A stretch of 18,101 bases of DNA, from positions 1-18,101 of the forward strand of contig JAKSVZ010000015.1 of assembly GCA_024407725.1 (NCBI GenBank). Reading direction: 5' to 3'. Below are positions 1 through 8,402 of the stretch, piece by piece. Source of the DNA: Opitutales bacterium (GTDB lineage Bacteria; Verrucomicrobiota; Verrucomicrobiia; Opitutales; UBA9783). The notes below the pieces were generated by a model. The model searched no databases, was not told the origin of the DNA, and saw only the letters and a program-made list of their open reading frames with translations. A program made the position numbers and the translations under genes. Position 1 is the first letter of the stretch, and each line of letters begins with the position of its first letter.

Positions 1-2
1 TG

Positions 3-1145
3 TTCTCTCGCCGCAACATCCTGTATTTTCTTCTTTGTACGTTTTTGTTTTGGATGGTAGGTTCGTTGATGGTTTACGTCATAGATCCGTACCATATTTT
101 TCATGAAACGCGGTGGAATAAAAACCTATGGTTTGGTAACAAAACCTTAATCAACTTAGGTCAAATCGAAACCTACCTCAAAAGAAGTAATGATTACGAT
201 AGTATTCTGGTAGGTTCTTCGCACACGATGAACTTCAAAGGTACTGACCTAGCTAAAGCGGTAGGGGCTAAAGGGGTACTGAAGTTGTGTGGCGCTGGAA
301 TTAGTATGGATGAAATCGCTTGGTTATCGCAAGCGATGATAGCAACTTATAAGATTAAAAGTGTAATTTGTACCTGTGAGGATTTTAGTATGTTTCTGGG
401 TAACTGGTACCAATCGAACAAAACGTATATATCTTATCCCATCTTGTCGATGGTTTCTTTCACTTCCTTAGAAAGTACTTTTCAGTTGTTACGTCATAAA
501 GCCATACCTTCATCTAGTAACTTATGGATATGGGATAACCTAGATAATGTTCATAGTTGGTTTGGTTTATGGCGAGGGTTTAAAAAGGAAGATCATGATT
601 TTTGTTTAAAAGTTTTACATAGACTGATAACCGAAGTCAATTATCACGATTGTCATGTTGAATACCAGCCTAACGCTCCAATTGTTGCTCAATTTAATTC
701 GTCGTTATTTGCTTTGTTTCGTAATAACCCATCTGTAAAATTTTATGTGATTAGTCCGCCTTGGGCATGGTCAAATTTTTTACCTACCATGCATCATACA
801 CGTAGGACGGACTTATCGTATGTCTATAATTCTAGCTTTACTTTATGGCGCTACCTAGTTACCGCCTGTGCTGATCTTCCGAATGTCAAAATCTATGGTT
901 GGCACGATTGTCCGTTTGTAAGCAATCTAGCGAATTACTGCGATCATGCCCATTATCATCCGGATATCAACCGTTATATGGCGTGGTGCATTGAGCACGA
1001 TAAGCATCGGTTAACCAAAGAGAATTACGATGCATACGAAGCACGTTGTGTTGAAAACCTACGTGCATTTAAGATCCTAGATGCGTATCCTCATCGTGAT
1101 ACCTTTGATGAGTTGGTCGCCGCGGAAATGCAGGGTGGCAAGTAA
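3..1145 (+). CDS. Hypothetical membrane-anchored protein, 5' end probably just outside the window; weak hints of an SGNH/DltD-like esterase or acyltransferase fold
   Basis: Track ORF 45..1145 starts at a TTG. The same frame stays open to the window edge (FSRRNILYFLLCTF-L-FWMVGSLMVYV), giving an N-terminal hydrophobic helix. It has an LVGSSH motif and a C-terminal CDHAHYHPD (DxxH-like) motif. The C-terminus is rich in His, Cys and Trp. I do not recognise a family with confidence. Confidence 0.55.
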   Translation, partial: FSRRNILYFLLCTFLFWMVGSLMVYVIDPYHIFHETRWNKNLWFGNKTLINLGQIETYLKRSNDYDSILVGSSHTMNFKGTDLAKAVGAKGVLKLCGAGISMDEIAWLSQAMIATYKIKSVICTCEDFSMFLGNWYQSNKTYISYPILSMVSFTSLESTFQLLRHKAIPSSSNLWIWDNLDNVHSWFGLWRGFKKEDHDFCLKVLHRLITEVNYHDCHVEYQPNAPIVAQFNSSLFALFRNNPSVKFYVISPPWAWSNFLPTMHHTRRTDLSYVYNSSFTLWRYLVTACADLPNVKIYGWHDCPFVSNLANYCDHAHYHPDINRYMAWCIEHDKHRLTKENYDAYEARCVENLRAFKILDAYPHRDTFDELVAAEMQGGK

Positions 1146-1216
1146 ACAGTCGCTAACCTCTATTGGTTGTGTAAAAAATTGACGCTTTTAACAGGAAGCA
1201 TTACCCTAAAAGTGCT

Positions 1217-1522
1217 ATGTGTGATTGCAATTTAGGGAATGTAGGAAGCACGTTGGTGGGGCGAAAAGCTCCTGATTTTGCAGCGACAGCGGTGGTTAAT
1301 GGAGGCGAAATTGTTGAAAACTGGTCGCTGGGTCAATTTTTTGGTAAAAAATACATTGTATTGTTTTTTTATCCCAAAGATTTTACGTTTGTGTGTCCGA
1401 CGGAACTGCATGCGTTGCAGCATGTTGAGCAGTATGGTGAAGTGTGCCCCATTGATTGGCATAAAGGGGATCAGGCGATGACTCCGAATACCGATGGGCT
1501 CCATCGCTATTTTAGTAAATGA
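1217..1522 (+). pseudogene. 2-Cys peroxiredoxin (AhpC/Tsa family) remnant with a large in-frame internal deletion
   Basis: The N-terminal part is canonical Prx (LVGRKAPDF...[22 protein letters not shown], with the peroxidatic Cys). It joins directly to the canonical C-terminal tail ([25 protein letters not shown]...YFSK, with the resolving Cys). The product is 101 aa, whereas this family is typically about 195 aa. The central thioredoxin-fold core is missing. Confidence 0.75.
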
Positions 1523-3732
1523 CTGATCGGGATCAGCGGAATTTATTTTGTACTGAGGTTGGTCGAAACTTTTCAGTTATTGCACCCGCAGGGGTTGGAA
1601 AGACTACTGCGTTGGTCGATCGCATTGCCTGCCTAGCAAATCAGAACCCAGAGAAATTAACGCATTTATATGTGCTGTCTTATACGAATGAGGCGGCAGC
1701 GTCGTTAGAGCAGCGCGTTCGGAAGCGGATAGGTGGTAATTCCAACGCTCAATATCAGCTTGCTTGCCTTAAACAGGGTTTTTTTGGGACGATTCATAGC
1801 TTGTGTTTGAAGGTGATTGGGGCATTGGATCCAACCCCCTATGCGTTGTTGACGGATGAGGATGGTTTAAAGCATGCGTTCATGGAATCCCTCACAACGT
1901 CGGATCCGGATTTAGCTAAGTTTAACCATTTGTTTCGTTTTTGGGAGCTTCGGGAATTGATAACCGGTACCCATAATCGTTTTTTATCCTCAAAAGCCAA
2001 CGATCCATCCAGCGATTCCTTGGATTTAACGGTCGTTGAAGATTTGCTGAAGTATGAATGGCATAAAGCGCCTCAGCGGTCTCAAGCTGCGATTAAAAAA
2101 ACACTGGATGAAGTAGGCAATTGGTTAAAAGCCTATCGGCAAACAACCCAATCGATGGCTTACGTAGGACTGCCCCTCTGTCATTCGAGTTATAAGGACT
2201 TTAAACCCCTGTTTGATAATGCTTTTCGCCCCTTTTTGATTCGATTAGAAGCAGAGGCAGTAGCTTGCTGTCGCATCCTGTCGGAGCGTTATTTCCAATT
2301 TCGGAAAGCCCATGGGTATTTAAGCTATGATGATTACAGTGTGTGGGCGAACCGTTGCCTTCAAACTCAAAAAGCAAAGGAGTATTATGGTACGCAGCCG
2401 GTTAATATCTTGTTAGATGAGGCGCAGGATACGGATCCTTTGCAGTTTGAATTCTTGGAAACCTTCTGTTCCTTACACCCAGAGAGTCAATTTTCTATGG
2501 TTGGCGATCCGCAACAGTCGATTTACGATGAGCGGGCGGATGTAAAAAGTTATTTAGCCTATCATCAGCAATTAACTAGCTCCAAAGCATGCGAAGCGTT
2601 AACGTTTTCCTGTACCCATCGCTGTCCTCCGGCGCTCATCAACCCCCTCAACAAACGTTTTCCAAAGATTTTTGATGGAGCCAATAATGTGCCCTATGTA
2701 TCATTGGAAACGGATGTGAATGTTTCGGGTACGTTTAAGCCGATTGCTATGGATCCAGAGGTTAATGCTGAACATGCGACTCAACAGGAGGCTCAATGTA
2801 TTGAGAAGCTCTTACAGGGGCCATTAAAAGGCCATGCTTTATCCGATATCTGCTTGTTGGTTCCTCGGAAAGCTTGGCTGTACGAACTCAAGCAAGCGCT
2901 TGAATTGTTGGGGCGAAAGGTGCAGCTGCATTCTACCCAAGAAACAGGGCGCTATAATCCCCTTTTTTGTGCCTGCTTAACGCTTATTCATGGTATTCAT
3001 ACGCCGGAAGATACCTTTGAGTCGATGGGGCTCTTGCATACGGTGTTGCATTGTCCCGATTGTGATTTGGCGTATGAAGCACGGCAATCGGATAGGGTAC
3101 CCAACGAAACACGCAAGAAAATAGATAACGTGAAGGCATTGGTTCACGATTGCGCTGATTTGTCGCTTTGCGAGGGTCTAGAACGACTCATCGACACACT
3201 TAAGGAGCTTTGTCCGCCAAGCGACCACGATGCGTATTTTATCGATAAAATCTTTTCAGAAGCCTTTGAGGCGCAGCAACAGGGGCAATCATGGGCCAGC
3301 TTAGAACTGCGTTTGCGTTCCTTTTTGGATCAATCGATGGATGCAGGGGTTACGGTTGATCCCAATGCCTTACAGGGGTTCACCTATCACAAAGCAAAGG
3401 GATTGGAATGGGGAACGGTTATCTTGCCTTATTTTTATCGTCCGTACCGAGGGGCTAATAAAAGCTATCCGTACGTCCATCGCACGCATTGTATCTTAAA
3501 TTCATCGTTCGTGGATGCAGCATCCCCCCTCGTGGATGTGAAAGGGGATGAGAAGCGCAACCTACAACGGTTGTTGTACGTAGCCCTTACGCGAGCAAAA
3601 ACGAATTGTTTTTGGGTCAATGACGCACACGTTAAATGTGGGCGAGATGGAACGAGCGAGTGGAACGAAAGCCTATCCTTCGGTAGCCTTTGGGATGAGG
3701 GAACCCCCAAACAGAATGAGGGCGCAAGCTAG
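1519..3732 (+). CDS. Superfamily 1 UvrD/Rep/AddA-like DNA helicase with no C-terminal nuclease domain
   Basis: Motifs seen: Walker [10 protein letters not shown], Ia [65 protein letters not shown]. Only about 45 aa follow motif VI. The start ATG overlaps the upstream stop codon (ATGA at 1519-1522). Confidence 0.85.
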   Translation: MTDRDQRNLFCTEVGRNFSVIAPAGVGKTTALVDRIACLANQNPEKLTHLYVLSYTNEAAASLEQRVRKRIGGNSNAQYQLACLKQGFFGTIHSLCLKVIGALDPTPYALLTDEDGLKHAFMESLTTSDPDLAKFNHLFRFWELRELITGTHNRFLSSKANDPSSDSLDLTVVEDLLKYEWHKAPQRSQAAIKKTLDEVGNWLKAYRQTTQSMAYVGLPLCHSSYKDFKPLFDNAFRPFLIRLEAEAVACCRILSERYFQFRKAHGYLSYDDYSVWANRCLQTQKAKEYYGTQPVNILLDEAQDTDPLQFEFLETFCSLHPESQFSMVGDPQQSIYDERADVKSYLAYHQQLTSSKACEALTFSCTHRCPPALINPLNKRFPKIFDGANNVPYVSLETDVNVSGTFKPIAMDPEVNAEHATQQEAQCIEKLLQGPLKGHALSDICLLVPRKAWLYELKQALELLGRKVQLHSTQETGRYNPLFCACLTLIHGIHTPEDTFESMGLLHTVLHCPDCDLAYEARQSDRVPNETRKKIDNVKALVHDCADLSLCEGLERLIDTLKELCPPSDHDAYFIDKIFSEAFEAQQQGQSWASLELRLRSFLDQSMDAGVTVDPNALQGFTYHKAKGLEWGTVILPYFYRPYRGANKSYPYVHRTHCILNSSFVDAASPLVDVKGDEKRNLQRLLYVALTRAKTNCFWVNDAHVKCGRDGTSEWNESLSFGSLWDEGTPKQNEGAS

Positions 3733-3735
3733 CGT

Positions 3736-5112
3736 TTATTTTTTCTTCATCCAATAAAGGGTACGCAGGCTTCCAGGAATAGCTTGCTTTGCCTCAATAG
3801 AAAAGAAGGATTCGAATGAACGTTCGAAGTGTTCCTGCGTGTATTCATCAAAAACATCCTTACGGTTGAGCAACATTTCTTGGATTTTGCTGTCTTCTTT
3901 CGGGATAAATTCAATGATGATGGCATTGAACAGATCGGCGAAATAGGAAGCCAATGCTCCAAAAGGAACGTTGTTTCCGATGGCCAAATGATGGATAAGC
4001 GCCAAGATAAGTCCGCAGTCGGCAGGACCGCGTTGATGCAACGCCAAACGTTCTTGATTAGCCCAACCGATTCCGCCGCTAGGATTGGTTAAATCGAGCT
4101 GTAACGGCAATAAGTTGGTTTCTTGCGTTTTTTTGATGGTTAGGTAATTTTTCTCAACCGCCAGTGGGTCGATATCAAAGGCAACCGTTGGAATACCCTT
4201 GGTGCTCGCCAATCGACTGAAATTTCCATTGTTGGCTCCTAAATCCCAGACGGTTTTAGGGTTGATGGTTTGCAAGAATTGGTCTACCAATTTGGTCTTT
4301 TCGTCAAAGCTGTGTTCGTTGTAATTCGTTGTGGCGTAGTAATTGCCCCACTCGGTAGGTGCTTTCTTAGGTTTGATACCCCCAATGGCCATTTGCAAAG
4401 CATCCATCAACTTGAGCATTTTTTCTTTCGGTAGCGTGCGTTGAACCTTTTTACGGTGCGCGGAATATTTTTGCGTCGCACTGTAGGGAAGCTTAACGTA
4501 CAGCCAATAATTGAGCGACAGCCATTTGCGGTTGGGCAACAGCGTATAAATAACATCCTCAGGAATACCATCAATCCACAGCCGTAACAGTTGATTCGCG
4601 CGCAAATCAACCATCTGCATGAGCATGAGCGGATACAGGAAATGGCGTAAGAATTGACCAAACGCAATCCATGGGTTGGGCTCAAACCGTTCAAACGATA
4701 GGGTGTCAATAAAGATCGGTTTTCCGTTTACAAATTGAATGTTGTACGCACTGGCGTCTTTTAATGAAAAGCCCCATTCCACCAACTGCTTTTGGAGGGC
4801 TAAGGTATGAAGGGCTGCGTCTTTCAATTGACTAAACGACCATTCGTAGGGATATGAGATGAAAGGGATTTTTTCTGCCTCTAAATCAATATGATCCTCG
4901 CCGTAATAAACTTCTTTGTGCGGAACCAGAAAGCCTTGTTCAATGAGCTTATCATAAACCCGTTCAGCTTTAAGCGCATCATAAGTTTCTTTGTAACAAG
5001 GGTTGATGCGTCGGTAAATGCGTCCGTTGGCGCTAAATACGAATCCACTAGGATCGCGAAAAGATCCGGTATTTTGTTGTTCATTCATGCTTGAGGAACT
5101 CATATCAGCCAT
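3736..5112 (-). CDS. Class I SAM-dependent methyltransferase with a large N-terminal domain of unknown function; substrate unknown
   Basis: 458-aa ORF. The C-terminal half has Rossmann methyltransferase motif I (VWDLGANNGNFSRLA), followed by the acidic post-I motif VAFDID. The N-terminal region of about 270 aa (FRDPSGFVF..., YPYEWSF) has no motif I can assign. The gene converges on the helicase gene with a 3-nt gap. Confidence 0.7.
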   Translation of the reverse strand: MADMSSSSMNEQQNTGSFRDPSGFVFSANGRIYRRINPCYKETYDALKAERVYDKLIEQGFLVPHKEVYYGEDHIDLEAEKIPFISYPYEWSFSQLKDAALHTLALQKQLVEWGFSLKDASAYNIQFVNGKPIFIDTLSFERFEPNPWIAFGQFLRHFLYPLMLMQMVDLRANQLLRLWIDGIPEDVIYTLLPNRKWLSLNYWLYVKLPYSATQKYSAHRKKVQRTLPKEKMLKLMDALQMAIGGIKPKKAPTEWGNYYATTNYNEHSFDEKTKLVDQFLQTINPKTVWDLGANNGNFSRLASTKGIPTVAFDIDPLAVEKNYLTIKKTQETNLLPLQLDLTNPSGGIGWANQERLALHQRGPADCGLILALIHHLAIGNNVPFGALASYFADLFNAIIIEFIPKEDSKIQEMLLNRKDVFDEYTQEHFERSFESFFSIEAKQAIPGSLRTLYWMKKK

Positions 5113-5170
5113 TAAAATTATTTAAACAGCGACGGCAACGTTTAAATGCCCTGATGAGGTTGAATTTCAA

Positions 5171-5199
5171 TTGCATTTCCCAAAGTGTGTGATTACAAT
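5171..5199 (+). promoter_or_regulatory. Sigma70-like promoter: TTGCAT, 17 nt spacer, TACAAT
   Basis: The -35 TTGCAT is at 5171-5176, the spacer is exactly 17 nt, and the -10 TACAAT is at 5194-5199. The ATG of the downstream ORF is at 5209, so the predicted leader is only a few nt and there is no Shine-Dalgarno. Confidence 0.4.
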
Positions 5200-5208
5200 T
5201 AAAATATT

Positions 5209-5502
5209 ATGAATGAATTAATCGATTCGCTTTTACCTTTGTGGCAAGAATATCAAGCGCTTATCATCCTGATTGCAGGCTTAATTATTATGTTGATGGG
5301 GTGGCTGTTGGTTCGCAAACCCTGCTGTTGCCGGATCAATCGTTCGGATGCAATCAATGTTGTTGATGTAAAGAGTTTAGGCGGCCGAAAATTCCTGATG
5401 ATTGTTGGTTGCGGACAACAGAAAGTGTTGTTGGCGGTAGAGCCGAACGGCATCCATTACCTATGCTCATTAGGAAACGATGGGAAAACAGAAAGTAAGT
5501 AG
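5209..5502 (+). CDS. Small single-pass membrane protein, FliO-like
   Basis: 97 aa. One TM helix (ALIILIAGLIIMLMGWLLV) is followed by INVVDVKSLGGRKFLMIVGCGQQKVLLAVEPNGIHYLCSL. This parallels the E. coli FliO core (LKISASASLGARERVVVVDVEDARLVLGVTAGQINLLHKL), which I recalled from memory. Confidence 0.45.
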   Translation: MNELIDSLLPLWQEYQALIILIAGLIIMLMGWLLVRKPCCCRINRSDAINVVDVKSLGGRKFLMIVGCGQQKVLLAVEPNGIHYLCSLGNDGKTESK

Positions 5503-5536
5503 TCGCATGGCGCAAGATTTGATAAAATAAAAGCAT

Positions 5537-6592
5537 ATGATCAATAAGCATATTCAACAGTTTTTGGAAGCCGACAAAGGGCATTTAACCCAGCATGTAT
5601 GCCGTACCATCCCAAAAGAAAAGTTGGCATTGCCAGGTCCAGATTTCGTGGATCGGGTATGTGTTCATAGCAATCGCTCCAGTCGGGTTTTACAAAGCTT
5701 AAGCAGCATCCGGAACCATGGGCGCTTGGCAGGAACCGGCTATGTTTCGATTTTGCCGGTTGATCAAGGAATCGAACACTCAGCGGGAGCCAGTTTTGCC
5801 CCCAATCCTGATTATTTTGATCCGGAAAATCTTGTGCGTTTAGCCATCGAAGGCGGATGCAACGCCATTGCATCGACCTACGGAGTGCTTGCAAGTGTCG
5901 CGCATAAGTATGCTCATAAAATTCCGTTTATTGTTAAGTTGAATCACAACGAATTGCTGACCTATCCCAATAAGTTTGATCAGATTTATTTTGCCGATGT
6001 CGATCAGGCGTGGAATTTAGGCGCAGTGGCAGTGGGTGCAACGATTTATTTTGGTTCTGCTGAATCAGATCGCCAAATTGAAGAAACCAGCGCGGCTTTT
6101 GCTCGGGCTCATGAATTGGGTATGGCAACCATCCTATGGTGCTATTTACGCAATGGTTCTTTTAAGACAGACAAACAAGATTATCATACCAGTGCCGATT
6201 TAACCGGTCAGGCGAACCATTTAGGGGTGACCATCGGAGCGGATATCGTAAAACAAAAATTGCCAACCAACAATGGGGGTTTTCGCGATTTGAAGTTTGG
6301 TAAAACGCACGATAAGGTTTATAGCGAGTTAACCTCGGAGCACCCGATTGACTTAACCCGTTATCAAGTCGCCAATTGCTATATGGGGCGCATCGGATTG
6401 ATTAATTCTGGAGGAGCTTCGGGAGCTAATGATTTTCAGGATGCGATTACTACAGCAGTGGTTAACAAACGCGCAGGCGGTAGCGGATTAATCTTAGGAC
6501 GTAAGGCGTTCCAAAAGCCGTTTGCAGAAGGGGTTGAACTGCTTCACACCGTGCAGGATGTCTATTTGGATTCATCCATCACGATTGCCTAA
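5537..6592 (+). CDS. fbaB: Class I fructose-bisphosphate aldolase, DhnA/FbaB type
   Basis: 351 aa, collinear along its full length with E. coli FbaB as I recall it. Shared stretches include [76 protein letters not shown] and a [12 protein letters not shown]-terminus. Confidence 0.92.
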   Translation: MINKHIQQFLEADKGHLTQHVCRTIPKEKLALPGPDFVDRVCVHSNRSSRVLQSLSSIRNHGRLAGTGYVSILPVDQGIEHSAGASFAPNPDYFDPENLVRLAIEGGCNAIASTYGVLASVAHKYAHKIPFIVKLNHNELLTYPNKFDQIYFADVDQAWNLGAVAVGATIYFGSAESDRQIEETSAAFARAHELGMATILWCYLRNGSFKTDKQDYHTSADLTGQANHLGVTIGADIVKQKLPTNNGGFRDLKFGKTHDKVYSELTSEHPIDLTRYQVANCYMGRIGLINSGGASGANDFQDAITTAVVNKRAGGSGLILGRKAFQKPFAEGVELLHTVQDVYLDSSITIA

Positions 6593-6605
6593 AAAAGTAT
6601 TTGAG

Positions 6606-6688
6606 GGGGAAATTTAGCATTGTAGCAGTGGGGTTGAACCTATCAGGTTGGCAACCCAACGCATTAGCACCTATTAATTTCCCCTTTT
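6606..6688 (+). terminator. Long compound hairpin followed by a T-run; candidate fbaB terminator or structured element at the islet border
   Basis: The outer 9-bp stem pairs GGGGAAATT (6606-6614) with AATTTCCCC (6676-6684), followed by TTTT (6685-8). Nested inside are GGGTTG (6631-6) paired with CAACCC (6652-7), and AACCT-atc-AGGTT (6637-6649). Confidence 0.4.
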
Positions 6689-6773
6689 GAAAAAGTCACA
6701 CATCGCCTAAAAACCCTTAGGTGTTGATTTGTATCGATTTTTTCGACGGAACCAAATGATTGTTATGCCTCCG

Positions 6774-7388
6774 TTATTTAATAATGCTCTTTAAAAATTC
6801 TTTGGTTAAGTCTTTGGATGAAATAACTCTAGGGTTTGTGTTTAAATAAGGATTGGTGTTAATAACCTTAACTGTTTTATGATTGGATAATGCAAATTCC
6901 GTTTCTCTTGTTGAACTAGTAAATTTTTCAACTAGTAAGGCACTAATTACTTTTTGCTCGTAAGGTATCCAAAGATTTTGGTCACCCTATTTAAGGGTTA
7001 ATTTATCTTCAATGCCTTCTGTTGCTTTGTTTTTGTTTGAAACAACAGAAGCAGACTTTTTTATAATCAAATTTTTCAATAAGATGAAATCACAGGCAAC
7101 ATCTGCCATGATAAACCAAGCGGTGAGATTGGTAGGATCAATTAAATTGATAAGAATAATAAAATTATAAAATCTTTTTTGTTTCCCCTTAACAAAACCA
7201 GAACTAATTAAATAGTTTTTGACACGATCATAATCATGCAAGTGTAAATCCTTGGCTTCCTGAATCTTTTTTTGGAAATTAGTTAATTGATTGTTCGATA
7301 ATTTAAGCTGTACTATTGCTTTTAAAATGCTGTAAAAAAGCGAATTTGATTCGTAATCTGCGGTATCGATAGGGGATTGATCTTCCAT
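6774..7388 (-). pseudogene. 204-codon ORF interrupted by one in-frame TAG; candidate decayed restriction endonuclease partner of the adjacent C5 methyltransferase
   Basis: Track ORF 6987..7388 (133 aa) ends at a TAG (6987-6989). My translation of the next 70 codons in the same frame is open (GDQNLWIPYEQKVISALLVEKFTSSTRETEFALSNHKTVKVINTNPYLNTNPRVISSKDLTKEFLKSIIK) and runs to a TAA at 6774-6776. The gene is very A+T-rich, on the same strand as the methyltransferase and immediately downstream of it. Confidence 0.55.
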
Positions 7389-7463
7389 AGATACATTTTC
7401 TTAAATGGTATTTGCAGTTAGAGCAATGTTAACCACGTTTGGCACTATTGCCTATGTATGAAA

Positions 7464-8402
7464 TCAATCAATTTCTCCGCCCGTTTTTAAAGCGTCAATT
7501 AGATTATTAGCGACTGCCTCTATCATTTTTGTAGGAACTGAATTCCCAAATTGTTTATAGCATTGTACGTCGCTAACGACTAATTTAAAGTCATCGCCAA
7601 AACCTTGTAATCTTGCGGCTTCACGAGGAGTAAGTTTTCTAGGATTTCTATCTTGTTGTTCTACGAGTATTTCAGACCCATCTTTATAATATCGGGCTGA
7701 GATCGTGCTCGTATAAACGGAATGTTCATTAAATAAGCTGTACCCAAAACCATTTCCTTTAGCTTTGTGTTGCTCTTTTCTCCTTCGAAGGCTTGCCCAA
7801 ATCCTATCAGAAATCGTGTATTTAGGGTCAACATTGTTTTCTAATATATCTCCTAATTTTGTAGGAATGCCTGTTGGTTTAGGAAATTCAAATTCAATAT
7901 GATGATTCTTAAAGCCTACTAAAATAATTCTTTCTCTATTTTGAGGAACACCGAAATCTTTTGCGTTTAATACTTGATAATGTAATTGATATCCTAATTT
8001 ATTTTCGAGGATAGTTTTCATAACCTTAAAGGTATTACCTTTATCGTGGCTTAATAAACCTTTTACGTTTTCAAGCATAAAAGCTTTTGGTTTGTGATAT
8101 TCTAGGATTCTTTCTATCTCGAAAAACATCGTTCCTCGGGTGTCATTAAACCCTTTTCTTTTGCCAGCGATAGAAAACGCTTGGCAAGGAAAGCCGGCTA
8201 ATAGGATATCAAAGCTAGGGATGTCTTTTGCATCGATTTGTGTTATATCCCCACTAGGGATTTCTCCCCAGTTAGCCTTGTAAGTTTGAATGGCAAATTT
8301 ATCTATTTCAGAAGAAAAGACGCAGGTGCCTCCAAGTTTTTGATAAGGACGTCTAATGCCCCCAATACCAGCAAAAAGATCGATAAATTTAAACTTTGCC
8401 AT
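7464..8402 (-). CDS. DNA (cytosine-5)-methyltransferase, apparently intact
   Basis: All the conserved C5-methyltransferase motifs I looked for are present: I DLFAGIGG, IV GFPCQAFS, VI MLENVKG, VIII VPQNRERI, X QFGNSVP. The TRD contains KGNGFGY...SARYYKDGSEILV, which reminds me of CCGG-type (HpaII/MspI-like) methylases. I cannot verify that specificity. Confidence 0.92.
   Translation of the reverse strand: MAKFKFIDLFAGIGGIRRPYQKLGGTCVFSSEIDKFAIQTYKANWGEIPSGDITQIDAKDIPSFDILLAGFPCQAFSIAGKRKGFNDTRGTMFFEIERILEYHKPKAFMLENVKGLLSHDKGNTFKVMKTILENKLGYQLHYQVLNAKDFGVPQNRERIILVGFKNHHIEFEFPKPTGIPTKLGDILENNVDPKYTISDRIWASLRRRKEQHKAKGNGFGYSLFNEHSVYTSTISARYYKDGSEILVEQQDRNPRKLTPREAARLQGFGDDFKLVVSDVQCYKQFGNSVPTKMIEAVANNLIDALKTGGEID

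Noticed and set aside
1232-5094. Numerous short alternative-frame or antisense ORFs inside the peroxiredoxin remnant, helicase and methyltransferase genes (for example 1232..1504 -, 1278..1481 +, 3465..3710 -, 3829..4092 +, 4407..4709 -, 4891..5094 +).
   Set aside because: Each is nested in a longer ORF that has clear family motifs, and none has recognisable motifs of its own.
6606-6688. Possibility that the compound hairpin is a tRNA pseudogene or a clear att-site copy of tRNA-Arg(UCU).
   Set aside because: Only about 14 nt resemble the tRNA T-arm. I could not fold the region into a cloverleaf on either strand, so it forms a rod-like hairpin instead. I kept it as a low-interest structural element.
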